From the NCBI RefSeq assembly GCF_009914755.1, contig NC_060927.1: 64,000 bases of DNA; one strand, given 5' to 3'. The DNA is from the human T2T-CHM13v2.0 reference genome, Homo sapiens. Made by a program: the position numbers and the translations under genes. The notes beneath the pieces are model-generated. The model searched no databases. It was not told the origin of the DNA and saw nothing but the letters and a program-made list of their open reading frames with translations. Shown here one piece after another: positions 47,745 to 61,762 of the stretch. Position 1 is the first letter of the stretch; each line of letters begins with the position of its first letter.

Positions 47745-49940
47745 GGGTGCCCAGCGCAAGCGCCAGCTCATTTCATCACCCTCACTGAGCCCCGGGTATG
47801 TTTAACCATTGAAGGCCAGGAAATTGACTTCCTCCTGGACACTGGCATGGCCTTCTCAGTGTTAATCTCCTGCCCTGGACGACTGTCCTCAAGGTCCGTT
47901 ACCATCCGAGGAATCCTGGGACAGCCTGTAACCAGGTATTTCTCCCACCTCCTCAGTTGTAATTGGGAGACTTTGTCTTTTCACATGCCTTTCTTGTTAT
48001 GCCTGAAAGTCCCACACCCTTATTAGGGAGGGATATATTAGCCAAAGCTGGAGCTATTATCTACATGAATATGGGGAACAAGTTACACATTTGTTGTCCC
48101 CTACTTGAGGAGGGAATCAACCCTGAAGTCCGGGCATTGGAAGGACAATTTGGAAGGGCAAAAAATCCCCACCCAGTCCAAATCAGGCTAAAAGACTCCA
48201 TCACTTTTCCTTATCAAAGGCAATATCCCTTAAGGCCTGAAGCTCATAAAGGATTACAGGATATTGTTAAACATTTAAAAGCTCAAGGCTTGGTAAGGAA
48301 ATGAAGCAGTCCCTGCAACATCGCAATTCTAGGAGTACAAAAATTGAACAGTCAGTGGAGACTAGTGCAAGATCTTAGACTCATCAATGAGGCAGTAATT
48401 CCTCTATATCCAGTTGTACCCAACCCCTATACCCTGCTCTCTCAAATACCAGAAGAAGCAGAATGGTTCACTGTTCTGGACCTCAAGGATGCCTTCTTCT
48501 GTATTCCCCTGCACTCTGACTCACAGTTTCTCTTTGCCTTTGAGGATCCTACAGACCACACGTCCCAACTTATGTGGATGGTCTCACCCCAAGGGTTTAG
48601 GGATAGCCCTTATCTATTTGGTCAGGCACTGGCCCAAGATCGAGGCCACTTCTCAAGTCCAGGCACTCTGGTCCTTCAGTATGTGGATGATTTACTTTTG
48701 GCTACCAGTTTGGAAGCCTCATGACAGCAGGCTACTGTAGATCTCTTGAACTTTCTAGCTAATCAAGGGTATAAGGCATCTAGGTCGAAGGCCCAGGTTT
48801 GCCTACAGCAAGTCAAATATCTAGGCCTAATCTTAGCCAGAGGGACCAGGGCCCTCAGCAAGGAATGAATACAGCCTCTACTGGCTCATCCTCACCCTAA
48901 GACATTAAAACAGTTGCAGGGGTTTCTTGGAATCACCAGCTTTTGCCGACTATGGATCCCCAGATACAATAAGATAGCCAGGCCCCTCTATACTCTAATC
49001 AAGGAGAACCAGAGGGCAAATACTCATCTAGTAGAATGGGAAGCAGAGGGAGAAACAGCCTTCAAAACCTTAAAGCAGGCCCTAGTACAAGCTCCAGCGT
49101 TAAGTCTTCCCACAGGACAAAACTTCTCTTTATACATCACAGAGAGAGCAGTAATAACTCTTGGGGTCCTTACTCAGACTCATGGGATAACCCCACAACC
49201 AGTGGCATACCTAAGTAAGGAAATTGATGTAGTAGCCAAAGTCTGGCCTCACTGTTTACGGGTAGTTGCAGCGGTGGCTGTCTTAGTGTCAGAGGCTATC
49301 AAAATAATACAAGGAAAGGATCTCACTGTCTGGACTACTCATGATATAAATGTCATACTAGGTGCCAAAAGAAGTTTATGGCTATCAGACAACTGCCTGG
49401 TTAGATACCAGGCACTACTCCTTGAAGGACAAGTGCTTCAAATATGCACGTGTGTGGCCCTCAACCCTGCCACTTTTCTCCCAGAGGATGGGGAACCAAT
49501 CGAGCACGACTGCCAACAAATTATAGTCCAGACTTATGCTGCCTGAGAGGATCTCTTAGAAGTCCCCTTAGCTAATCCTGACCTTAACCTATACACCGAT
49601 GGAAGTTCATTGTGGAGAATGGGATACGAAGGTCAGGTTATGCCATAGTTAGTGATGCAACAGTACTTGAAAGTAAGCCTCTTCCCCCAGGGACTAGTGC
49701 CCAGTTAGCAGAACTAGTGGCACTTCCCCAAGCCTTAGGACTGGGAAAGGGAAGAAGAATAAATGTGTATACAGGTAGCAAGTATGCTTATCTAATCCTA
49801 CATGCCCATGCTGCAATATGGAAAGAAAAGGAGCTCCTAACCTCTGGGGGAATCCCCATTAAATACCACAAGGAGGTGCCAGTCTTACACTGCCAAAGAC
49901 ATCAAAAAGGGGAAGGAGAGGGGAGAACAGCAGCATAAGT
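47745..49940 (+). pseudogene. pol: HERV9 pro-pol (protease, RT, RNase H); integrase absent
   Basis: FLLDTG 47829-47846; LDLKDAFF, PQGF, YVDD (48680-48691); YTDGS and SAQLAEL; several TGA stops. Confidence 0.92.
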
Positions 49941-49959
49941 GGCTGGCAGAGGCAGGGAA

Positions 49960-50410
49960 AGACCAGCAGAAAGGAAAGAGAGAAAGAGACAGAAAGTCAG
50001 AGAGAGAGAGAGAGGGAGAGAGGAAGAGACAGAGAGACAGAGAGAGAGAGAAAGAGAAAGACAGGAAGTCAAAAAGAAGGAGTCAGAGGAAGAGACAGAG
50101 ACAAAGAAGGACTCAAAGAGAGAGACAGAGAGAGGAAGAGACAGAGACAAAGAAAGAAGTCAAATAGAAGGAGACAGAGAGAGGAAGAGACCGAGACAAA
50201 GGAGTCAGAGAGAGGAAGAGACAGAGACAAAGAAGGAGTCAGAGAGAGAAGAAGAGACAGAGACAAAGAGGGAGTCAGAGAGAGAGAGAAAGAGAGACAG
50301 AAAGTCAAAGCGAGAGAGGAAGAGACAAAGAGGAAGTCAGAAATAGAGAAAGAGAGAGACAAAGAAGAAGTCAAAGAGAAAGAAAGAGAGATGGAAGTAG
50401 TAAAGAAAAA
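49960..50410 (+). repeat. AG-rich low-complexity tract inside the provirus
   Basis: Near-pure purine (GA)n with GAGACAGA/GAAGTCA subunits. Confidence 0.92.
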
Positions 50411-51016
50411 GCAGTGTACCCTATTCCTTTAAAAGCCAGGGTAAATTTAAAACCTATAACTGATAATTGAAGGTCTTCTCTGTAACTCTATAACACTCCA
50501 ATACCACCTTGTTGTCAGTGTAAACAAGGGCGTAGCCCAAAAGCACTGAGGCCACTGACAACCCATAGCCTTCCTATCAAAAATCCTTAACCCAGCAGGC
50601 TTCCTAACAGGGGATCTAAATCTTAATTAATTACCATACAAAGGTCCGACCAGACCTAGGAGGAACTCCCTTCAGGACAGGATGATAGATGGTTCCTCCT
50701 GGGTGATTAAGGAAAAAAGACACAATGGGTATTCAGTAAGTGATAAGGAAACTCTTATAGAAGCAGAGTTAGGAAAATTGCCTAATAATTGGTCTGCTGT
50801 TAGCACTCAGCTAAACCTTACAGTACTTAGAGAATCAGGAAGGAGCCATCTATACCAATTCTAAGTTAATATGGACTGAACAATGCCTTATTAATAGCAA
50901 AGAATAATTGAAATCCCAGACTTACAAGGTTTTCAACAAAAGTAAAGTTTGCTAAAAGTTAACAGTGTAACATGTATTATCCTAACTTCTAATCTTGTGG
51001 AAATCAGACCCTATCC

Positions 51017-51640
51017 ATGCCCCTCAAAGCTCAAGTCCATCAGCACAGAGCCATACAACTAATACTCCTACTTATAGGGATAGGAATGGCTACTGCTACA
51101 GGATCCAGAATAGCCAGTTTATCTACTTCATTATCCTACTACCACACACTCTCAAAGGATTTCTCAGACAGTTTGCAAGAAATAACAAAATCTATCCTTA
51201 CTCTACAATCCCAAATAGACCCTTTGGCAGCAGTGACTCTCAAAAACCGCTGAGACCTAGACCTCCTCACTGCTGAGAAAGGAGGACTTTGCACCTTCTT
51301 AGGGGAAGAGTGTTGCTTTTACACTAACCAGTCAGGGATAGTACGAGATGCTGCCCAGCATTTACAGGAAAAGGCCTCTGAAATCAGACAACGCCTTTCA
51401 AACTCTTATACCAACCTCTGGAGTTGGGTGACATGACTTCTCCCCTTTCTAGGTCCCGTGACAGCCATCTTGCTATTACTCGCCTTCCAGCCCTGTATTT
51501 CTAACCTCCTTGTCAAATTTGTTTCCTCTAGGATCGAGGCCATCAAGCTACAGATGGTCTTACAAATGGAACCCCAAATGAGCTCAACTAACAACTTCTA
51601 CTAAGGACCCCTGGGCCAACCCACTGGCCCTTTGACTGGC
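51017..51640 (+). pseudogene. env: env remnant (TM subunit only)
   Basis: Fusion peptide AIQLILLLIG; immunosuppressive domain [16 protein letters not shown]; CTFLGEECC (CX6CC); membrane anchor; stops. Confidence 0.92.
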
Positions 51641-51771
51641 CTAAAGAGTTCCCCTCTGAAGGACACTACAATTGCAGGGACCCTTCTTTGCCCCTATCCA
51701 GCAGGAAGTAGCTAGAGCGGTCATTGTCCAATTCCCAACTGCAGTTGGGGTGTCCTGTTTAGAGGGGGGAT

Positions 51772-52526
51772 TGAGAGGTGAAGCCAGCTGGACTTCCTGG
51801 GTCGAGTGGGGACTTGGAGAACATTTCTGTCTAGCTAAAGGATTGTAAATGCACCAATGAGCACTCTGTAAAAATGCACCAATCAGCGCTCTGTGTCTAG
51901 CTGAAAGATTGTAAATGCACCAATCAGCACTCTGTAAAAACATACCAATCAGCGCTCTGTGTCTAGCTAAAGGATTGTAAACGCACTGATCAGCACTCTG
52001 TAAAATGGACCAATCAGCGTTCTGTAAAATGGACCAATCAGCAGGACATGGGTGGGGCCAAACAAGGGAATAAAAGCTGGTCACCCCAGCCAGCAGTGGC
52101 AAGCCACTCGGGTCCCCTTCCACACTGTGGAAGCTTTGTTCTTTTGCTCTTCACAATAAATCTTGCTGTTGCTCACTTTTTGGGTCTGCACTACCTTTAT
52201 GAGCTGTAACACTCACCACAAGGGTCTGCAGCTTCATTCCTTGAAGTCAGTGAGTCCACAAATCCACCAGGATGAACAAACAACTCCGGATGCGCCACCT
52301 TTAAGAGCTGTAACACTCACTGCGAAAGTCTGCGGCTTCACTCCTGAAGTCAGCGAGACCATGATCCCACTGGAAGGAAGAAACTCCAGGCACATCTGAA
52401 CATCTGAAGGAACAAACTCCAGACACACCATCTTTAAGAGCTGTAACATTCACCACGAAGGTCTGCAGCTTCATTCTTGAAGTCAGCGACATAAGAACCC
52501 ACTGGAAGGAATAAATTCCGGACACA
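51772..52526 (+). mobile_element. 3' LTR (LTR12 family), preceded by PPT AGAGGGGGGA
   Basis: TGAGAGGTGAAGCCAGCTGG...GGACACA. Confidence 0.93.
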
Positions 52527-52779
52527 TCAGCACTATTCAGAGAGGTAGATTCTAGTAGTGTGGATTTGTCTGATTAAAAAAAGTTTACAGACTTTTTGGG
52601 TTACAAGTGACAGAAACTCAGCTCAAAACAGCTTAAGCCAAAAGGGGACTTCATTTGAAGGATGTAGCAGTAGCCCACAGAACCAGAAAAAGAATCACTA
52701 TGGTTCAGGAACCACCATGATTCTGGAAATCTAAGAGCTTAAAACTAGGGACTCCCTTGCCATATAGACACTTTTTCAC

Positions 52780-53576
52780 TGTTACTGAAATGCCAAGGGT
52801 TTGGTCTATACCAGACAGAAAGTCAACTGAGACAAGTGTTACCAGGGAAGAAGGCTTTATTTGGGTACTGCAGCTGAGGAGATGAGAGATCAGTCTTAAA
52901 TCCATCTCCCTGACCAGCTAAAATTAGGAGTTTATGTAGCAGGGAAGAAATGTAACCATGTAGGAAAACGGGAATTAGGAAGGGGTAAGGAAGAGAAGTC
53001 AGTCAACAGGAAGAAGGTGATCAGTTAGGCAATCATGATAGGCAAGAGGTCTCATGTCTCATTGTCCAGATGTGGTGATCTGGTAAGTTTCAGTTCCTTG
53101 ATTCTATCTGGGAGGCTTGATTTTTGGTTTCCTGAGACAGGAACTCAGATAAGAAAAATATAACCTTGTCAAGTTTCAACGCTGGGAGGGTCTATTTCTA
53201 TGTTTATTCAAAGAAACCATAAACATAATTTTTTTTTGTTTGTTTTTGTTTTATTTTGTTTTGTTTGAGATGGATTTTCGCTCTTGTTGCCCAGGCTGGA
53301 GTGCAATGCATGATCTTGGCTCACTGCAACCTCTGCCTCCTGGGTTCAAGAGATTCTCCTGCCTCAGCCTCCCAAGTAACTGGGATTACAGGTGCCTGCC
53401 ACCACACGCAGCTAATTTTTTGTATTTTTAGTAGAGATGGGGTTTCACTATGTTGGCCAGGCTGGTCTTGAACTCCTGACCTCAGATGATCCATCCTCCC
53501 AAAGTGCTGGGATTACAGGTGTGAGCCACCGTGCCTGGCCAAACATCAGTTCTATGGAACAATTGGGCCAGTTTCA
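52780..53576 (-). mobile_element. ERV1 (MER4-group) solo LTR containing a minus AluS (53228-53540), inserted in MLT1
   Basis: TG...CA ends with perfect TSD TCAC; minus-strand AATAAA ~52858. Confidence 0.8.
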
Positions 53577-54702
53577 TCACTCTTGTTCTTTTTCTTGCTT
53601 CTTATTACTTTAACTCTGGCTTGTCTTAACTTCATTCCCTCCAACTGGAGATGGATGCAGACATTAGAGGCAAACAGAGACTGGAGACAAATGGAAAGGG
53701 AAAGCAAATCCAGGCAGTGGTGAGTCCAGATCATCAGTCCATATGCTGAGCACCTGCTGCTCTGAATGTTTTCCCAAGCCATGGCAATCAAACTAGGCTG
53801 CTAGTTTGCTTAAGCTGACTGAAGTTAGTTTTATGATTTGTCATTGAGAGTCTTGACTAATGCAGTTAATTGATTTGGGCGTAAGTTAATAGAATACATT
53901 GACTTCAAAATGGGGTGAACACTTCATAATATTGAAATGTGTCACCAGAAACTGTGGGTCTGATTTTAGATCTCTCCAAAATTTTGAGTGATACTATAGG
54001 TGCAATTTCACGGTAAGCAGACACTTTCATTTTTTTCTTATTATTTAAAAAGTTTTATTTTTTCCAGTTTTACTGTATTATAATTAACATACAAAAATTG
54101 TGTATATTTACAGTGTACAACATGATGTCTTGATATACGTACACATTGTGAAATGATTACCATAGTCAAGCTATCAACATATCCATTACCTCACAGAGTT
54201 ACCATCTTTTTTTGTGGTGAGGGCACTTAAGAGCTATCTACTCTCCTGCAAATTTCAAGTATACAACACAATTAACTATAATCACTCTGCTGATCTCCAG
54301 AACTTATTTATCCTGCATCACTGAAACTTTATGCCCTTTGACCAACATCTCCCCATATCCCCAACCCTTTCAGCCCCTGGAAATTATCATTCGTTGCTCC
54401 TGTGAGGTCAACTTTTTAAGATTCCACACGTAAGTGAGATCATGCAGTATTTGTCTTTTGGTGCATGGCTTATTTCACTTAGCCTAATGTCCTCCAGTTT
54501 ACCAGGTTGTCATGAATGACAGGATTTCCTTCTTATTTTAAGGCTGAATAATATGCCACTGTAAATATATACTGCATTTTCTTTTTCCACTTATTGGTCA
54601 ATGGTAGATTCTATATCTCAGCTATTGTGAATAAGGCTACTATGAACATGAAAGTGCAGATATCTGCATCCTGGCTAAGACGGTGAAACCCTGTCTCTAC
54701 TA

Positions 54703-55026
<324 letters not shown>

Positions 55027-56639
55027 TTACATTCTCAGCAACATTGTGGAAGGGTTCCCTTTTCTCCATATCCTCTCCAATATTTGTTATCTTTTGTTTT
55101 TTGATGATAGCCATTCTAACAGGTATGAGATGATATTTCATCCTGGTTTTGATTTGCATTTCACTGATGATTAGTGATACTGAACATATTTTCATATATC
55201 TCTTGACCATTCTTATGTCTTCTTTTGAGATGTATCTATTCAAAACCGTCGCCTGTTTAAAAAATCTGGTTATTTGTTTTCTTGCTATTGAGTTGAGTTC
55301 TTTATATATTTCAGATATTAACCCCATATCAGATATATGATTTGCAAATATTTTTCCCATTCTATGGGTGGTCTCTTTGCTATTGTTTCCTTTGCTATGC
55401 AGAAGGTTTTTAGTTGGATGCAATACCATTTGTTATTTTTGCTGTTGTTGCCTGTGCTTTTGGGGTCATAGCCAAAAGATTATTGCCCAGACCAATGTCA
55501 AGAAGCTTATTTCAAATGTATTTCTTTAGTAGATTTTCTGTTTCAGATTTTAAGTTTTTAATCCATATCAAGTTGAGTTTTTAATTTAGTGTAAAATAAG
55601 GGTTCAATTACATTATTCTTTGTGTAGATATCTAGTTTTCCAAACATAATTTTAAAAATTATTTTTTATAGACAGTCTTGTTCTTTCACCCAGGCTGGAG
55701 TATAGGGGCATGCTCATGGCTCGCTGCAGCCCCAAACTCCTAGGTTTGAACAATCCTCCTGCCTCAACCTTCCAAAGTGCTGGGATAACCAGTGTCAGCC
55801 ACCAGGCCTGACCCCAGAACCATTTATTAAAGAGATTGTCTTTTCCCCATTGTGTGTTCTTGACACCTTTGTCAAAGACCAATCTAAGTGTGTGGCTTTA
55901 TTTCTGGGCTCTCTACTCTGTTCCATTGGTCTGTATGTCTGTTTATATGCCAGTAGCATGATGTTGGGTTACTATAGCTTTGTAACATATTTTGAAATCA
56001 GGTAGTGTGATGCCTCCAGCTTTGTTCTTGGTCAAGATTGCTTTGTCTATTCAGACTCTTTTGTAGTTCCATATACATTTTAAGATTAAAAAAAAATTTC
56101 TGTGAAAAATGCCATTGGAATTTTAATAGGGGTTGCATTTAATCTGTAGGTTGCTTTTGGTCATATAGACATTTTAACAATATTAAATTCTTCCAATTCA
56201 TGAATGCAAGATATCTTCACATTTATTTGTGTCTTCAATTTCTTTAACAAATCTTTTATAGTTTTCAGTGTATACACTTTCACCTCCTTGGTTAATTTTA
56301 TGCCTAAGTATTTTATTTATTTATTTTTTTGGGTGCTATTGTAAGTGGCATTGTTTTCTTAATTTCTTTCTTTTTTTTTTTTTTTTTTTTTTTTGGTTAG
56401 AGGCAAGGTCTGTTTATATTGCTCAGGCTGGTCTCAAACTCTTGGGTTCAAACAATCCTCCCGCATTGTCCTCTCAAAACACTGAGATTACAGGCATGAG
56501 CCACCATACCTGGCCTGTTAAAAGTTTTATGAAAAGATATTGAATTTACTAATGCTTTTTCTGCATCTGTTGTGATGATCGTATGATTTTGTCCTTCATT
56601 CTGTTAATGTGGTGTATCACACTTATTCATGTGCGTATG

Positions 56640-56982
56640 TACTATGATCTAAATGTGTCCCTGAAAATGCGAATATTGGAAACTTAATCCCCAGTGCACC
56701 AGTGCTGGGAGGTGGGGCCTTTGGAGAGGAGTTTAGGTTAGGAGAATGGGGTTATAAAAGGACTTGACAGAGGGAATTCATCCCTTTTGTCCTTCTGCCT
56801 TCCTCCACATGAGGACTCAGCTTTCTTCCCCCGAGTATACGGTAAGAAGGCCCTTATCAGAAACCAGAGGCTGGCACTTTGAGCTTGGACTTTTCAGCCT
56901 CCAGAACTGTGAAAAATAAATTCACATTCTTTATAAATTACCTGATCTCAGGTATTCTGTTATAGAGGCACAGACAAAGACA
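56640..56982 (+). mobile_element. MST (MaLR) solo LTR
   Basis: MST motifs; 5-bp TSD GTATG. Confidence 0.85.
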
Positions 56983-57269
56983 GTATGTTGACTCATCCCT
57001 GCATCCCAAGGATAAATGCCATGTAATCAGTATATGAACTTTTTTAATGTGGTGTTGAATTGAGTTTGCTAGTCTTTTTTTGAGCATTTTTACGTCTATT
57101 TTCATCAGGAATATTGGTGTGTAATTTTTTTTTTTCTTGTAGTATCCTTGTCTGGCTTCGGTGTCAGGATAATGTTAGCTTCATAAAATGAACTTGGAAG
57201 TATTCCCTCATCTTAAATTTTTTGGCAGAGTTTGAGAAGTTTTAGCATTAACGTTTCCGTTTTAAAATA

Positions 57270-58970
57270 TATTTTCAACTTTTATTTTAGATTCAGGAGG
57301 TACATGTGCAGGTTTTTTACATGGATATATTGGGTGACGCTGACATTTGGGGTATGAATGATCCCATCGGCCAGCTGGTGGGCATAGTACCCAAGAGATG
57401 TTTTTCAGCCCTTGTCCCACTTCCCTCTCTTCCTCCTCTGGTAGTCACCAGTGTCTATTGCTGCCATCTTTATGTCCATGTGTACCCAATGCTTAGCTCC
57501 CACTTACAAGTGAGAATATATGGTATTTGGTTTTCTATTGCTGCATTAATTCATTAATTTGCTTAGGATAATGGCCTCCAGCTGTATCTATGTTGCTGCA
57601 AAGGACAGGATTTCATTCTTTTTTATGGCTGCATAGTATTCTATGGTGTATATGTAGCACATTTTCTTTATCCAGTCCACCATTGATGATCTCCTAGGGT
57701 GATTCCATATCTTTGCTATTATGAATAATGCTGTGATGAACATATGAGTGCTTGTGTCTTTTTGGTAAAATAATTTATTTTCCTTTCATTATATACTCAG
57801 TAATGGGATTGCTGGGTGAAATGGTAGTTCTGTTTTGAGTTCTTTGAGAAATCATTAAACTGCTTTCCACAGTGGCTGAGCTAATTTACATCGCTACCAA
57901 CAGTAAGTAAGTGTTCCCTTTTCTCCATAGCCTTGCCAGCATTTATTATTTTTTTTACTTTTTAATAATAGCCATTCTGACTGATATGAGATGGTACATC
58001 TTATTCTGGTTTTAATTTGCACTTCTCTGATGATTAGTGACGTTGAACATTTCTTCATATGTTTGTTGGCCACTTGTATGTCTTTTTTTTAGAAGCGTCT
58101 GTTCGTATGTTTTGCTGACTTTTTAATGGGGTTCATATGTTTTGCTCATTTTTTATTTGTTTTTTGCTTGTTCAATTGTTTAAGTTTCTTATAGATTCTG
58201 GATATCAGACCTTTGTTGGATGCAGAGTTTGCAAACATTTTCTCCCATTCTGAAGGTTGTCTGTTTACTCTGTTAAGTTTCTTTTGCCATACAGAAGCTC
58301 TTTAGTTTAATTAGGTCCCATTTGTCAATTTTAGTTTTTGTGGCAATGGCTTTTGAGGACTTAGTCTTAAATTCCTCCCCAAGGCTGATGTCCAGAATAA
58401 TATTTCTTAGATTTTCTTCTAGAACTCTTATAGTTTGAGGTTTTATATTTAAATCTTTAATCTATCTTGAGTTAATTTTTGTATATGATAAAAAAGTAGA
58501 AGTCCAGTTTCATTCTTCAGCATATGGCTAATCAGTTATCCCTGCACTATTTATTGAATAGGGAGTCCTTTGCCCATAGCTTATTTTTGTCGACTTTGTC
58601 TAAGGTCAGATGGTGGTAAATGTGTGTCTGCTTTTGTGTCTATGTGTCTGTTTTTGTGTTGGTACCATACTGCTTTGATTACCCTAGTCTTATAGCATAG
58701 TTTGAAGTCGGGTAATAAGATGCATCTGGCTTTGTTTTTTTTGCTTAGGATTGCTTTTGCTATACAGCTCTTTTTTGGTTCCATATTAAATTTAAAATAG
58801 TTTTTTCTAATTCTATGAAAAATGACATTGGTACTTTGATAGGAAGAGCATTGAATCTGTAGATTGCTTTTGGCAGTATGCCCATTTTAATAATATTGAT
58901 TCTTACAATCCATGAGCATGGAATATTTTTCCATTTGTGTCATCTTTGATTTCATTCAGCAGTGTTTTTT
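57270..58970 (-). mobile_element. Younger L1PA/L1PB 3' portion inserted in the older L1
   Basis: TTTTATTTTAGATTCAGGAGGTACATGTGCAGG end; flanking GCATTAAC repeat. Confidence 0.8.
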
Positions 58971-59449
58971 AGGCATTAACTCTTCTTTAAGTGTTTGGTA
59001 GAATTGGCCAATGAAACTTGCCAATTATCCCAGCACCATTAGATGAATAGGGTGTCCTTTCCCCACTTTATGTTTTTGTTTACTTTGTTGAAGATCAGTT
59101 GGCTGTGTTTGGCTTTATTTCTGGTTCTCTATTCTATGCCATTGGTCTACATGCCTACTTTTATAACAGTACCATGCTGTTTTGGTAACTATGGCCTTGT
59201 AGTATAGTTTGAAGTTGGGTGATGTGATGCCTTTAGATTTGTTCTTTTTGCTTAGTCTTGCATGGGCTATGTGGCTCATTTTTGGTTTGATATGAATTTT
59301 AGAAATTTTTAAATTTTTAAATTCATTATATTTTATTTTATTTTATTTGAGATGGAGTCTTGCTCTGCCACCCAGGCTGGAGTGCAGTGGTGCCATCTCA
59401 GCTCACTCCACCCCCTGGTTCAAGCCATACTCTTGCCTCAGCCTCCTGA

Positions 59450-59689
<240 letters not shown>

Positions 59690-60715
59690 TAGATTGCTTT
59701 TGGCAGTATGGTCATTTTCACAATATTGTTTCTATCCATCCATGAGGATGGGGTGTGTTTCCATTTGTTTGTGTCATTGATCATTTCTTTCGGCAGTATT
59801 TTGTAGTTTTCCTTGTAGAGATCTTTCACCACCTTGGTTAGGTATATTCCTAAGTATTTTATTTTATTTTATTTTTTCCAGCTGTTGTAAAAAGGATCGA
59901 GTTCTTGATTTGATTCTAAGCTTGGTTGTTGTTGGTGTACAGCAGTGCTACTGATTTGTGTACATTGGTTTTGTATTGCCCACACTTTCAGTGGCAGCTC
60001 CTGTACTCATATCTGCAGCAGTTCTCATTTGCCCTTTGGATTCTGCTCAAGAAAATTTGTGCCCAGTTGAAATTACTATGAATTTCAGTTGGAAGCTTCT
60101 TTCATCCTGTGACCCCACCTTAATTCTGCTGGCTGCCTTCCCAAGGGACCCTGTGTGATATTATTCAGGGTTGGCTTCCCTGGGCTCCAGCCGGAGGCTG
60201 CGAGTGCCTACAAGGCTCTTCTTGCTGCTGCCTCTACTTTCATATTTCATGTGGCTCCCTAAATCGGTTTCAGCTCTAGGTAAGGTTAAATTATTCTCCT
60301 GTGATGTGAATTTTCAGATTCCACAGTGGGAATGTGTGTTCAGAAGCAGATTTTTCCCCCTCTCACTCTTCGGGAACTCACAGTTTTTTGCCTGTCTCGT
60401 GGAATTTGCAGCAGCATTCAAATTCTTCTTTCAAAGGATCTGTGAATTTTTTTCAGTTTTCCTAGTATATTCCCATGGTGGTTCTTGTAGCAAAAGTTCA
60501 TGGTGTGAGTCTCCACATGCTGTTCTGTCCATCTAAATGGGGGCTGCATGTTAGCCCTGTCTCCTATCTGCCATCTTCCTCAGACTAATCATGGCAGAAA
60601 GTGAAGAGGAAGGAGGCATGTCTTCTCATGGCTGGAGGAGGAGGAAGAGAGCAGATCTGTTGTTTTTTGTTTGTTTGTTTGTTTGTTTTCCATTCACCCA
60701 CTGTATATCTTTTGA

Positions 60716-61081
<366 letters not shown>

Positions 61082-61544
61082 TGATATTTTGCTCATTGTT
61101 TTCTGTTTTGTAGTTCCTTTGTGGTGTTTTTCCTATCTTGCTATCATCCTTTATGATTTGTTGATATTTTTTGGTTATATGGTTTGGTTTCTTTCTCTCA
61201 ATCTTTCATGCACCTACCACAGGTTTTCTTCTATGTGTTTGCCATAAACAATTTATAGTTATAACAGACTATTTTAATCTGATAACAACTTAACTTTGAC
61301 CAAATACAAAAAGTGTACACTTTAACTTCTCCTTCCTCCACATTTTAGGTTCTAAATGTCACAATGTACAATTTTTATATATTATGCATCCATTAACAAG
61401 TTATTGTAGCTATAGTTATTTTTAATACTTTTGTCTTTTAACCATTATCTTAGAGTTAAAAGTGATTTATGTACCCCCATTATAGTATTAAAATATGTTG
61501 AATTTGACTACATGCTTGCTTTTACAGTAAGCTTTATATTTTCT

Positions 61545-61571
61545 TTCTCCTTTCTTTCTTTTCTTTTCTTT

Positions 61572-61607
<36 letters not shown>

Positions 61608-61655
61608 TCCTTCCTTCCTTCCTTCCTTCCTTCCTTCCTTCCTTCCTTCCTTCCT

Positions 61656-61703
<48 letters not shown>

Positions 61704-61762
61704 TCCTCCCTCCCTCCCTCCCTCCCTCTCTCCCTCCCACTCTCCCTCCCTCTCTTCCTCCC
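61545..61762. repeat. Compound (TTTC)n(TTCC)n(TTTC)n(CCCT)n microsatellite at an Alu tail
   Basis: Read directly; ~215 bp almost purely pyrimidine. Confidence 0.95.

Larger units (their letters stand above)
44302..52526 (+). mobile_element. Defective HERV9 (ERV-9) provirus with LTR12-family LTRs
   Basis: LTR-PBS-gag-pro-pol(RT, RNase H)-env TM-PPT-LTR order; many stops and frameshifts. Confidence 0.95.

Noticed and set aside
49939-50374. Charged E/R/K-rich and S/L-rich ORFs
   Set aside because: Artefacts of the AG-rich tract
46311-51640. Functional retroviral proteins or a syncytin-like env
   Set aside because: Multiple stops and frameshifts; SU and integrase missing; stop inside the immunosuppressive domain
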